57,197 nucleotides of DNA from Girardia tigrina (Eukaryota), in contig MQRK01193085.1 in assembly GCA_001938485.1 (NCBI GenBank), forward strand, positions 6,241 through 63,437, written 5' to 3'. Below are positions 36,559 through 50,016 of this stretch, one piece after another. Positions within the stretch are counted from its first letter, which is position 1, and each line of letters opens with the position of its first letter. The translations under genes and the position numbers were made by a program. The notes under the pieces are model-generated. The model was not told where the DNA came from and searched no databases. It was given only the letters and a program-made list of their open reading frames with translations.

Positions 36559-37618
36559 TTAATAGATTTAAAGAACCTTAAATATTTACATTTGTTATAT
36601 TATTATATTATACTTTAAAATATTTTATCTTTTAAATTAACTGTAGAAATCGCATATTATGCTAATAATTTTCAAATGTTTAAGACAGATAATACGTTTT
36701 TTTAACATTTTCCAAATGAAATATTTTTCCTCATTAAATGATTTATATTGTGTTCTATTTGTAATATTATGAAAATATATATAAAATATTTCGTATAAAT
36801 AAATCAAAAAAACAAATCTTTTCAAAATTGTCTATACGCCCGGCTAGCTGAGAGAAAAACTTCAGTTTTGATTTTATTTTCATTTCAATTTTAATTTATT
36901 TCATTACATTTGAGAGTATAACCAATTTAAATTAGATCATTATAAAGCCTTTAAAATTCCATTTCAATTATTGAAAAAAATAATATTTATATCATTCACT
37001 TAAAACAAATACAATTTTTTTTTACTATGAAATATTTTTATTATTTATATTTTATATAATGAGAATATTCATAATAAACGAAGAGTTTTATTTTCTGAAA
37101 TAAGAAAATTATAAATATTATCATTTTCTTTAATAATTTGAGATTATTTTCTTTTCATGACAACTAAATCCATAATATTAAACAAATGCGGCAGAACAAT
37201 TTATTTTTCTTTTTGGCGTCCAATCTATGGTTTTGTAAATATAAATAATAATAATAATATAGTTAAAAATAATGTTGTTAATAATTAAAGTAATATATGT
37301 TAATTTTAATATTTACTGATGCATATAAAAACTAATTACATTGTATATACATATAAAAAACTATTTTATTATCATTCATATTGATAAAGAATGGAATGAA
37401 ATGTTGTGATAAAATAAAATTAAAGCATGTTAAATATTTTGGAAATTTTAAACAACATGAAAATTTTCTACAGAAAACAAAACTAATCCATTTCAAAATA
37501 CATTGTACATTTATAAAGTTCCAGGACTATTCCAAAATATTAGAATAATAATACTTGTCAGGCCAGTGTATGAAACATTGGTCATGCTATGGGATAAAAA
37601 TATTATTTGTTTAAAAAT

Positions 37619-37715
37619 CGATCATTTATTGATTGATCAAAGAACACAAGACAGTACCAGTGGTACTAGCGTTTCACAAAATAACGTACATGAAGGATGT
37701 ACATAATTCTCGAAC
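37619..37715 (+). mobile_element. Short fragment of the LINE C-terminal region seen at 47326-48237
   Basis: DHLLIDQRTQDSTSGTSVSQNNVHEGCT versus DLLMDHRTQGRTSCTSASQNNADEGCT. Confidence 0.8.
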
Positions 37716-39170
37716 ATACATAAATCTATTGAAACGTATTTTTTGCTCAACAAATCCACCTTTAATCATCGGCATTAATGGTTTATATCGAGTTTGTCTT
37801 TCATGGAAGTGATATTTCAACTTTCGGTCCTCATATTCAATAGAATGTATTCATTAATGCAGATAAACTTCCATTTGATCTTGGAAATGATCTAAAAATG
37901 ATAAAAAGTGAATCAATTAAGTCAATTAAATTAATGAAAATGTAATTAATATACACAAAAAGGTAATCTAATAGTTTAACAAACTTTTGATTTAATGTTG
38001 TTTCAAGTTTGATTTTAAAGCATAAAATTATGAAAGGAATGCCGTTTTATCAATTTAATGTAAATAATTATTACTTGAAATTGTTCTTTTATGTAAATTT
38101 TATATTATCAAAAATACAATTACAAAAAAAAGAAAAGTATTAAAAAAATTTTAAAAAAATGGATTTGAAAATTTACGTGATTTTATAGAGAATAGTGAAT
38201 ACCGTTCGATTTGTTTTAATAAAAAAATTTAATAATAATAAAAAAATTGTTGATATATGCTGAAATTATTTTAAATTGAAATTTGTTCTTCATAAAAAAA
38301 TTTCTAGACTATTTGATCTTCAAACATTCTGAAAAAATTAAATTCAAAATTTTCAAAATAACATTATAAATTCAATTTAATATTATACCTTTACTAAATT
38401 TGTTTAAATAATAATATTTAAAAATTTAGCGGAAAATATGTTCATTTATTTTTATATTAACAAAAAATATTCTTTTTAATGTCTTGATGACTCATTGAAT
38501 ATTTAATTTAGATTGCAGGCCAGAACGTGTGTGATTCATTAATTGTGTTTGTGTGCAGATGCGTCCGATGTCGATAAGAAAAAGATTTTCTTAACTCGCT
38601 CTGATTGGCTTGCCAATCAGAGCAACTAGTCGATTCGAAATTTTTTGAGATATATTATTTTAACTTTTTTGTTTATCAATTTAAGATATCGATCTTTCTG
38701 AACGATAAAAGATTTTTCGATTATCAATTTGAACGAAATAAATTATCAATTTTGATTATATTTTTGAAAAAGTCGATGTCTTATATAGAAGAAAAAAGAG
38801 GTTAAAATTTCTGTCTTACGATAAAAGTTCTTTGTGCTCTATGTGGGCCTCCCACCTCTTTCGAATGATATTAAAGTACTAATTAATTAAAGTTTTACAA
38901 TTATGAATTTTAATAATATTTTTAGTAAGCGTTTTTAACTTATTAAATTTAATATATTTTAAAAATTAGTGTTTATTTAAAAAATATGTAATGTCTTTAT
39001 CCAATAAAATTCTGAGAAATTAAAAGTTAATATTAAAAAATTTCCCATTCATTGTTTTTTTTAGATTTGAATATATAAACAAAAACTATATCAATCAAAG
39101 AAAGATGACCTCAGAGAATTGTTGTGAAGAATCTGTTTGTGTTTACATTCAAATTGTGATGATGTTAATA

Positions 39171-39430
39171 TGGCGACCGCGGCTCATGTAACAATGAACA
39201 TTATGGAATGTGAAAAATTCAATGGATCAGAATCGGATTTGGAAGATTTCATTGATAATTTCGAACGCTATTCCGACATTATGGGTATAGCAGAAGAGAG
39301 GAAAATAGTGATGGTGACTGTGTTTATGACACCGTTGGCAAAAAAAAGAAAAATTGAAGATTGCATTTACGAAAGAAAAATCCATTCTGAATATAATGAA
39401 GGAGTTGGTAAACTTACGGTGGGGATCCTT
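39171..39430 (+). mobile_element. LTR-retrotransposon PBS and gag N-terminal fragment
   Basis: PBS-like TGGCGACCG at 39171, then MNIMECEKFNGSESDLEDFIDNFERYSDIMG...KIVMVTVFMTPLAK, continuing after a frameshift as KLKIAFTKEK. Confidence 0.6.
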
Positions 39431-39500
39431 GCATTCAAATTGTTATATTGTTAATATGATCTATTCTATCGGGCGGAACAAAGCGTATTATCATAATACA

Positions 39501-39547
<47 letters not shown>

Positions 39548-40749
39548 CATGCTTAGGTTAATGTGTTTATTATTGATTTAAAATGTAAATGATAACTTAT
39601 AGTATCCGTTTCATAAAGATAATACTATTTTTTATCGAATTGTCATTTATTTAAAAAGAATCACTATTTATAAAAATTTCAATATTTATCTTTACTTTTA
39701 AAAGGGTAAAAAATAAACAGTTGTTGATAAATAAATTAGCAAAAAGTAAACAAAAGATTACTTTAAATAGTTTAATTCAAACTAAATTTCGTAAACTTAA
39801 TTCTGTTTATTTGACAAAAAGACACTTTTTATTCAGGAAATATAAATGACGTACAGTAATCATCTGAAAAAGCTTATTACAACTTCTTAAAAGTACAGAA
39901 TTTTTTGGAAATAAAAATATGAATAATTCTTTTTTTATTTAAAACATTGGAAAAAAGACAAAATATTTTACAAACTTGCTAATGAGTTTGCTTATTAACA
40001 GATTTGATGGCAAAAGATGTTGATTAACTTTAAATATTCACAGATATAAAGAATAATGACCGAATTCTTTTACTTTGATTTCGTGTTTGGAATTAATGGT
40101 TACAAAAGAGAACTTTAAATTTATATTTGTTAATTTTTATCAAACAATTTAATACATTTTCAAAGAATTATAACAAGGAAAAGAATTTTAAATATTCAAT
40201 TCATAAAATTTATTAAAATTTGTTAAAAAACTTTGAAATTAATTGTTACACTTTTTACATTTCATTTTGTATACATTTTGAATTTACATCAATTTTCTTT
40301 ATATTTTCTCCACTGGTGTACATATTGTTATTAAAAATTCTCTTTGAAGATATTTTATAAAAAAATATTGAGAGGACAAATACTTCTTGGAAACTTAATT
40401 TAGTGCGATTATGTGCTATTCATTTATTACTGAAAAAATAAAATAAAATGCAAAATATTCTGACCAAACACTCTGATCTCTTTTTTAAAAAGCAATAAAA
40501 TCAATGACATTGCTGTAATAATCAGAAATCCAAAAACTTACTGATACTTTTGATCAAATGTGTTTTACGGGCTCCAGTGTTTACCGCTGATAAAAACTTA
40601 TGCACTGAAAAAACTGAAAAACAATAAATTAGTTGTTTTAAACGAATGTAAAAAACACACAACTATATTAATAAATGTTTCAAACGATGTGTTCTTTCTC
40701 TAATGATGGTTTCTCACTGAAATAATTCTCACCTCCGAATGATTTAACT

Positions 40750-41184
40750 TAAATACAGCCCAAAACATACCACTAACGACGGTTCAAACCGCACCTGTGG
40801 CCAAGGGCCGGCGACGGCGCGATTGAGTCCGTTTAGGATGCCTTTACACCAAATGAAGTCAATGGCCGTTCAATACACTAACACTTTCCGGGTCATTATT
40901 TATTGTATTCCTAATGTGAACATAAGTCAGAACCGAGGCGCTGTCTCAGGATCTGGATCTCTGTGAGGTATTGATCTCAGCTCTGATCGCTAGGCCAAAA
41001 GCGTTGGCAAACCTGTCAAATCACTGACTTTCGTATAGTGGAGCAGGTGTACCACTATCCTGTTGGTGCGGGGACAATCTCTCGAACGAAAGGGAGGGAA
41101 CAAAGAGAGTATTTAAAGCCAGTCAAATTCCTCACAAATAAATTGTTCGGCACGAACCCGACCGGGCTGCCTGTGGGAACTACA
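40750..41184 (-). mobile_element. Possible LTR (~330 bp) with adjacent PBS-like site
   Basis: GC-elevated island. The minus strand starts TGTAG (41184), contains TTTAAATA and AATAAA, ends ...TTCA (40854) and is followed by TT-TGGTG. No partner LTR or ORF seen. Confidence 0.3.
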
Positions 41185-41689
41185 GTGTTTATATATTTTT
41201 TTTTGTATAATTAAAACTATTTGAATCAGAATATTAAAAATATTAATATTAAAAAACTGTCTATGTATGCAGTGATTTTCTATTATATTTTTTGTTATTT
41301 TGTATAACAATTAAATAAAAAACTTATTTTAAATTTATAAACTTTTGTTATTTTTTTGTTATTACGATAAATTTTACAGATTACGAATTAAAAACTTCAT
41401 TCATGATTGAAATATAAAATTATTAAAATTAGTTTAGAAAGATATTCCATACAGACCCAAGCCAACCGCCCTTTACTGACCACATTATTGAAATATCTTA
41501 TTCTGTATCGATAAAAGTATAAATAGTATTGATATAAATAATAATAAAACTTTCGGAGAATATGAATTTGTTAAAGTTTCTTTTGTGCACATAAAAATAA
41601 TTCATTCTTTAAAAATTGATCATAAAAAAAATTTTTTACCGAAAACAAAACTCACCCATTTTGAAAAATGTTTAAAGATCAAAATAATT

Positions 41690-42700
41690 GGACGAGTAGA
41701 TTGTCATGGTCAGGTTGCAATAGTATCCGAGCAGCAGTCCTAGAAAAATTGCTCCCATTTCAAAGTCACACATATTCTTCAGTTATATTTTCTGTAGTTA
41801 ATGCAAATCAATATTATTTTTGCATTGTCATAAGTATTTTTCATTTAAACAGTATATGCCACTGGAACTGATTGATAAAAATTTCCATTGTTGAGTAAAA
41901 TAGCTTTCAGACGGAATTTTGACGTTTGTGTTGAAACACATATTGCAACTACCCGAATCTTCAATGTAGAGGGTTAAATTATACTGATAATTAGTTTAGA
42001 TCGGATTGATTAATGAAATGAGGACTTCTTAAGGTGTAAAGCTCAAAGTCTACATCATCGACATTGTTAACAGCAACAATATGAGGTTTACAACATTTAT
42101 TAATATCACAAGCGCATTCACTATTTGACATCTCTTGATCAATATATTTCTGAGTTCAAACTAATTATTTTCAATAAATGAAAATCTGTTTAAAAAAATT
42201 ATTGATTATAAAGAATCTAATTGGTTGAAATTAAATCTAAACATTTTTTCAAAAAAGAACATATTAAATTAATGTATTAAAATATTAAATTACATTAAAA
42301 AATAAATAATACATTCAATAATTATTTAAAACCTTTTTACTTTAAAATTAAATTATTTTTAATTAGTAGGAATCAAAGAAAATATCAATCATCCATCTGT
42401 GTAGGAGAGGCACAATCCGTATCAACATACAACATGCACAATATCAACACACAATTCAAAACATTCCTCACAGACATCATCAACTTTTTCTATTTTTTTT
42501 CCACTGCAGCTTTGTTTAATTCTTCTTCATCGAAGTCACACATATAAGGTCTCATTGGCGGTGGTAAATTATAATACTCAATTAATTTCTTATTCTTCGA
42601 AGAAAACCCAGAAAACTCTTGTTTAGAAATAACAGTCGGTCACATGATCCATAGGCTCACGCCAAAAAATAGGATTTACAAATGGCATGAAGTTCTTATA
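41690..42700 (-). mobile_element. CMC/Chapaev3-like transposase remnant
   Basis: MPFVNPIFWREPMDHVTDCYF...GFSSKNK...YNLPPPMRP (42690-42550); PHFINQSDLN; LKAILLNNGNFYQSVPVAY...KNTYDNAKIILICINY...LGLLLGY (~41910-41720). A short homologue lies at ~11455-11485. Confidence 0.7.
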
Positions 42701-43734
42701 ACATTTTAATTAAAATTTTTAATTTATGAATTTTAATCTATTATATTCTGTATTTTTTTGAAAATTTTATTTATTCAAACTTGTTAATCTAAAAATTTAT
42801 TAATAAAATTTAGTTGGACTATAAATAAAATTATTAAATTTTATTTATACTAAACTCTTATTTCTTTTAAATTAATTTCGTTTTACATTATAAATGTTAC
42901 TCCGCTTATTATTTATTTTAAAATTCCTATTGAAAAAAAAACTTTCACTGATTATTTTCCTATTAAACTATATATCGACTTTACTTAATCTAAACTCTTT
43001 TTTTTGTTTTATATAATTATTTAATTTTTGTTAAAATTTTAAATTAAAAAAATGTAAATTATTCGGCGAATTGAAAATGTTTACTAACTCGTCACATGAT
43101 TAATTTAGAGTTATTCATTTTCAACGTCATTCACACTTTATTTATATTGTATTAAGTTACTATTATTTCTATGTTTTCCTTTAATTAATTTGTAAAAAAG
43201 TAAAATTGCTAATTTAAAATTTATACATTTTATAAAGACAGATGAATTTTACTTTCGAAATAAATTTTAGTTGTTGTTTTAGAATTTTCATTTTAAAATA
43301 TTTATGGAAAACATGGATTACTTTTGCGACACTTTAAAATATTAATACGAATATTTGGTTCATTTTCTTTTGTTGGGTAAAATAAAATTTGAACACATCA
43401 TATTTTATGTTCAATCGTTTTCAGTTAAATAAAAATTTTTATAATAAAAAATTCAGGATTGAAATTATTCATTTAATCCTTTTTTTACATACTTTAATTT
43501 CAATTTTTTATTATATATTATTTTAATTATTAATTATTTACAAGAAATATATAAATAATTAAGCTGTTTTCATCATCAAACAATTTTTCATCATTAAACA
43601 ATTTTTAAAATTATATTTAAATTTTAATGTAAATAAATATTTTTTCTCTTTTTTAAAAATGAAATAATAATTGAAAATCTAAGTTTACAATGATAAGCCT
43701 TATTTTAAATAATCAGATGTAAATTACGGATCAC

Positions 43735-43812
43735 TGTACCAAAATTGAACGATTTGGAGACCAAAGTTCTCTCTTATCCTCCATTCATCTTAGAACTTTC
43801 GCCAAAGAATAA
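43735..43812 (+). mobile_element. Tiny mariner transposase remnant
   Basis: LNDLETKVLSYPPFILELSP resembles VLPHPPYSPDLAP. Confidence 0.4.
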
Positions 43813-46708
43813 CCATTTTTTCAAGCATATTGATAACTTTCTCCAAGATAGAATGTTCATCAATCATGACCAAGCAAAAGGAAAATTCGTCTACTTCTTC
43901 GCATCCATCTAATTGTTTCGTTGACAGAATCAAAAGCCTTGTGACTCGTGGACATAAATGTGTTTATTCTAATTTAATTTCGTTACACGATTTATATTTT
44001 TTATTTCTTTTGCCCACCTTCACGACAAACTAGAAATTAACAATTAATGCTGAATAAACGCTAAATTTACGATTTATTCTGGATTTTTTTTAAAGACAAT
44101 TTTCTTTCACCGAATCTTTCCTAATAAGAATTTATCCTTTCATCATTTTAAGCTCGTTTTATTCGTTCATTGGAGTTATCTTTTATGTTAGCTACAGGCA
44201 TTAAATTATAAAAACACACAATGAAGCGGGTTCCTTTATAATTTTCACTTATAATTAAAAAAATGTTCTAGCTCTAGTTTGTACATAGCATAACAAAATT
44301 CAATGTTAATCTCTCTTTCAAAAGTAACGGGAATTAATAAATACGGCAAACAAGTATATAATAAATGATACATGAAGATCATCTGGAAGCCTATGAGTAC
44401 GCAATTGGTAAAGCTGTTATTTCAAGTCTGTGAAGAGACATGATAGCTGTACCTGTTCCTCCTTTTGTGTTTTAAGCATGACGTATTATTAACTTTTTCC
44501 TCTCAGAGGAAGGGTACTTATCAAACATTTTTTTTATATAAAAAATTTTAAAATATTTAAAATTATTAAAGTTAAATTAAATTAATTTTTAAAAATTATA
44601 AAATAAAGTATAATGAAGACTGCTTTCATTTTTTAATTTGTGAAAAAGAAACAAAAACCTTTAATTGTCTTTTTGCGTTACATGAAAACATAAAAAACAC
44701 ATAGAGTGCAATTTTCCCTAGAAAACTAAAATACTATTAAGACGTAAAATTGAAAGAGATTATGCATTTTTAAAAATTAATGTCAAAAAGGAACAAAAAA
44801 TAATAAAAAGATTATGGCAAATCATAAAGTGCCTTTAAAAATTGCATAAAGTGGTTCAACCTTTTACTCAAAAAAGTGAAATATTTTTCAATTCCTTAAA
44901 CTTCAATAAGTGTAAATGAAAGTTGAACAAATGTTAATCGCATAAGTTAAGTTAAAATAAATAATATTCTTCCTTCTACAATACTGAGCATACAAAATGG
45001 CACAAAAATCTTCAAAAATGTAATTTCAGTATAATTATCTTGAGTTCAGTGTTTTCGATCAAAAATGTTAACGTAAGATAAGAACATGAGGACGATCAAG
45101 AAATGATAACCAGCTAATGTCTTTGCTGGACAAAAAGGAGAAAAATATGTCCCTGGAAGCTCCACTTTCATTAAAGATATATAGAGTTTGTTTCTGTATC
45201 AACTTTTAATGTAAAATTTTATATATTTGTAGCATTTATTATATTTACTCATTATTAATTATATATACATAATCTAAAAAATCACTTTAATTGTTTTTCT
45301 CAAAACTGATATTTACGACAACAAAAATCTTAGAAAAACAATTCTTTTATTAATCGAAGACATCAACTATTGAGACTTTGCATATTATTAACTTGGTGCC
45401 TAAAGTAATTTATTTATTTTTAATACATTTCCCTTTTACTGTGATTCATTGTTGTCGCATTTTTTACTCTTTTCGTTTTAGAGTTGTTATAAATAATACG
45501 GATTTATTATATTATTTTAATTCTTGTATTATAATTCATTATTTTAAAGAAAGAGATTAATACCATAAATTTACAGTATATAAATCCTTTTCTTTTACGA
45601 TACGGTGTGCAGTAATATCTTGCGTGATACCAAACATTATTTATTGGTGAATTGTTAAGCAAATGGCTATTGACACCATAGTAACTTATACAGGACAATG
45701 CCAGTATCCATATGTTATTTTTTCTTATTATATAATAATAAACTTACCCCATTAGCTTTTTTTCTTTATAAAATTGAGTCATTTTCTTTTTTTTGAAACA
45801 TTTAAGTGATTTCAGAATATACTTCACTTTCCCATCACATTTAGAGTATGTTCTATAATAAATCTTCCATTCCGTCAGAGTTGTATTTGAATCTTTTTAA
45901 TAATATAAAGGTAATTGTAGTAACCTAACATATATATATTATATACATCAATAATATCAATAATAATAACTATTATTTATCGATTTTCGTAATTATTTAC
46001 GGTAGTCATTACGGATGTTAACTTTACTGGATTCTACAGTGTTGTAATGTAATGTTCGATCGATCGTCATTGTGTTTATCACAACTCCGCTTGGAATTCT
46101 AAAACATTGAATGATAAACACTCAGTCGGATTTGATTGTATCGATATATCTTTCTTTCCCCGTTTATATTCAAATCCCAATCTTATCATCAATTTTCATA
46201 TCAAACTGATCTATTATCCTCTTCATCAACTTCAACGATTAAGTCCTATCACCAAGGTAACATTAAATCATAACATTCTTCCTAAAGACTTTCTTTCTTG
46301 TTTTTTAGTGATCCTAATTTTCATCTTCTATTTGACTCGTCTGTTTATTTAATTACCGTTTATTTGTTAATGTAATTTATTTATATCAATTTGATTTAAT
46401 AATATTATATTTATGTGTATAACAAATAAAAATGAGTTGATATATTCTCACTAATACTAATTATATATTAACTCATTTTTATTGTAATGTTGTACACTGA
46501 TCGAATGGAATGTCCGATAAATTAAGCCTACCCGACTGAACGGATAACTGAGTATTGTAGAGACTACAGCACCAGCATTGGCGTACAGGGTTGTGAGTCA
46601 TACATTCTGTATCGGGTAGAAACCTGTTTCGGAATGAATTAAAATTTTCATTCAAATCGAAAAAGTAAAAAATTATTTATTAAAAAAAGTTAAAATAAAC
46701 ATTGTATA

Positions 46709-46757
<49 letters not shown>

Positions 46758-47043
46758 TAATAATTTTAAATCATATTGATTCATTCGTTTGTTTAAACGA
46801 ATTAATGATTAAGGATTGTAATTGGTATGGAATAAAAAGTTAATGAAAATCGATTTGCGAATTATATATCTATAACGATAGTAAAATTGTTGTAAAACAA
46901 ACAATCAAACAAAAAATAAAGAAAAAAAATCGTTTAGACAATCGTAAAATGTCCGTAAAAGAATATCCAAGAAAAGCAAAATCGAAATTGTGAACAATGA
47001 GGAATCGAAAATGGAAGAAGAAAGTCAAATGGTAAAATTATGG

Positions 47044-47242
47044 TTGCGGTAGGTGCACCCAGACACTGGCATCTCCGGCAAAGCCATTTAGATCATGAAA
47101 AGTCTCGTGAACGATGTGTTCCAGCGGATTGCAAGTGAGGCCAGTTGACAGGCGAAATTCAACAAGAAGTCGACGATTAGAGCAGTGAGATCCAGGTTGG
47201 AGTGAAACTGCTGATGTCGGGAGAGTTGGCTAAGAATGCCAC
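47044..47242 (+). pseudogene. H2B: Histone H2B pseudogene
   Basis: [62 protein letters not shown]. Stops at 47050, 47089 and 47146 plus one frameshift; N-terminal tail and C-terminal helix are missing. Confidence 0.92.
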
Positions 47243-47260
47243 ATGCTTTGAAAGAAATAC

Positions 47261-47276
47261 GGCCCTCTTAAGGGCA
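47261..47276 (+). promoter_or_regulatory. Histone 3' UTR stem-loop (degenerate)
   Basis: GGCCCT-CTTA-AGGGCA just downstream of H2B; fits the 6-bp-stem, 4-nt-loop SLBP site apart from the terminal pair. Confidence 0.75.
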
Positions 47277-47325
47277 AAAAATTATGATAGAACATTAACA
47301 AAACCAAAAATAGACAATACAGAGC

Positions 47326-48250
47326 CTACCAACTTTCTCCTACGGCTTTAGATGCAAGAATACGAGCTTTTAGTGCACAGGCATACTTTGGTTTCCCAGT
47401 CAAAAAGGACCAATCCTGATACCTCGTACCGTGATTCTGTAGAGCTTTGGCTGTGTAAACACGTTTTGTACAATGAGTAAAGTGACACCGAAATATCACC
47501 ACATCATTTGTATTACTTAACCGAAAGTCGAGAACCACCTTTGGAATCACTCCTGGGTCCATCTCAGCGGTACCGTCGAGGGGCACTGACACATCATGCA
47601 TCGCGATCGGGTTCGAAGATTTTGTACATCCTTCATCTGCGTTATTTTGTGAAGCACTAGTACAGCTGGTACGACCTTGGGTTCGGTGATCCATCAATAG
47701 ATCTCTCTTTAACCATTTATCCGTTTTATGTCTTGTGTAAATTTTCCATGGGACATTGACACCAATCTGACGCTGTGGCATCATGACCGTATTTACGCTT
47801 TTGATGTGTCTTCTTAGTTCCTTCTGTTCCGCAAAAGCTTTGAAACAAGAAGGATACGTGCATTGCACTCTTTTGATACGCAGCTGGAGCATTTTCGGGT
47901 ACTCTTTTCTTTGTTCAATCATTTCTATCGGTTTTTCAGACACAGTTCCTTTGATTAGGTGTTTGAATTTCTCGTCAGTGTAGAGAATTCCAATTTCATT
48001 CAAGCATTCTTGGTATTTGACCAGATCTTCTTGGCCTCCGAACAACCAAAGCATATCGCGGGCGATACGCTCTTTCATCAACTGCTTTTTAAAGTCGCTG
48101 ACTTTTCTATGGCCTGAGGCAATTTCAGAATTTAATACTCTTTTTACCTCACATACACCATTCCGCCTAATGTACTCACAGAATACAATACGCCGTTTTA
48201 TCAGTACCACACGTGCCTCGGGTAAATCAATTAACATATCCGTATTACGT
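47326..48250 (-). mobile_element. 3' part of an RTE-like LINE ORF with C2H2-like zinc fingers
   Basis: 303-aa open frame: post-RT segment (LPEARVVLIKRRIVFCEYIRR...VKRVLNSEIASGHRKV), then CTYPSCFKAF...LRRH and CHFTHCTKRV...ALQNH. Confidence 0.6.
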
Positions 48251-50016
48251 ATTTAGTTAAGTTAAGTTTTACCAAGAGTAAATTTATATCAAACGATAGA
48301 TAATAATTCTACTACTTCGCCCGACGGGCAAATCTCATAACCCGTTAAAAAGCATTTTATAAATTCAAAATTTTACACGCTCGAAAAAATTTATTTAATA
48401 AAACAAACATATTTTCATTTTATTAATAATTGTTTTTATTTTTTTTTAATTATATGTAAAATCTTCGTCCAATTATTTTTATCACCAGTATGAGGGGTTA
48501 GTTTAAAATTCTCATTTCGCCAAAATAGTTTATTATTTTTTTAATTTGAAAATTAAAAAAAAGTAAATTAAAAAATTAAAATGTTAAGTAAAAATATCAT
48601 AAAAGTTAAATTCTTATTTAACATATTCTAGCAGTCATAACAATTGATATATTTTCATAAAAGTTATGAAATGAGTTTATAAAATTTTTAAAATAGATAA
48701 TTAACGGATTAATATGTTAAGAAATAATTTTTTAATAAAAGGCCTATAGTAATTTTAAATCAATTAGTTTTTATGATAAAGTTTTTTTTTAAAATGTAAG
48801 AATTATTTTAAAGATTAAATTTCGTAAAATTTTCGTACAAAATATAAAAATTATTTTAAAGTTTAAAATTTAGCAAATTTTCAAAATTTAACAGATTAAT
48901 TTTGGGCGAAATAATTGAAATAACAAGAAATTTGTTTAAATATGTGAATTGTTGATATTAATAAATTTTGTGGTGTTAAATTATGACTTCGGAATTTGAC
49001 AATAATGAAAGTTGCATAAACACTACTTACAACCAGTATTGAGGAAACCACAATTTATGGATCTTAGACTTATAGAGTAAAATTAAATTTGAAATTGGGC
49101 GTGAAAATCTGCTGGGAATTATTTTCACCAAATTTGGTAATAAAATATTTATATACATTTTATATTTTATAAGTGATTCTTAACTGTCTAAAGCTTATTT
49201 AATCATAATATTTTTAGCTCTTGTTGTTCTATAAAATTTATATTATACATAATAATATTAAATATTTCTTTTTTAATTTAGTTTTCCTAAAAATTATATA
49301 TTTGTTATCTTATCTTTTCTCAGATATTCCATCAAATGAAGAGTGAAAAGGATAAAAAGTTATGAAAAATCAATTCGATTTTCCTTCTTAAATGAATGAG
49401 TTTCGCATGAATGAGCTGTATCATTTAGTAAACCCGAAGCTCTTAACAAACTTGTTGAATGTCGTGTCAGTTCAATTAATTTGCTCAGTGATAAATTTCT
49501 TGGCACCCTGAAAACTTTCATTCAAAATTTAAGTAATAAAATTAATAAATATATATTTTACTAAAGTTATTTTGGCTTTCTCTTTAGAAAAAAATATTTA
49601 ATTTAATATAAAAACAAAACTGAATAAAAATTATTTAACTGGAAATTTTTAAACACGAAATATATAGTTTTTCCATCCTTATTGATAAATATTCCAAATA
49701 CTAAAAATTGTACTGAACTTTTATTTAAATTTACTAAATTGGTTAATTAATTAATTTACCATTTTCCACTATGGAAATTATCGCCAGAAAATATATTTTG
49801 TTCGTAACAGTTGATATAAAAATTTGTTATTAAAAATGTTTTCTGTTAAAATTTTACAAAGCTGCGTTAGGTCTATTTTTATGCTTGGGTAAAAAGAAAT
49901 TAAAAGTGCAAAAAATTAAATTATTATTATTGTTTTTCGTCGTAAGTTATATTTATTTATTGATACTGGTTCAACAAACTCTAAGTAGTAATATCCTTTA
50001 TATTATGTGTTATATG

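Noticed and set aside
39412-39426. Apparent polypurine tract that would make a TRIM-like mini LTR element
   Set aside because: It reads equally well as continuing gag codons (NLRWG), and no flanking LTR pair is visible.
40975-41010. Resemblance to the U2 snRNA 5' end on the minus strand
   Set aside because: No branch-point recognition sequence (GTGTAGTA) or Sm site.
45507-45900. Possible small gene with a 24-nt GT-AG intron on the minus strand
   Set aside because: The spliced product hits a stop within 13 codons and resembles nothing I recognise.
47044-47242. TAG at a Gln position in H2B and at probable Gln positions in the mariner, suggesting a ciliate-type genetic code
   Set aside because: The same sequences have frameshifts or stops at Arg/Trp positions; ordinary C:G>T:A decay explains them.
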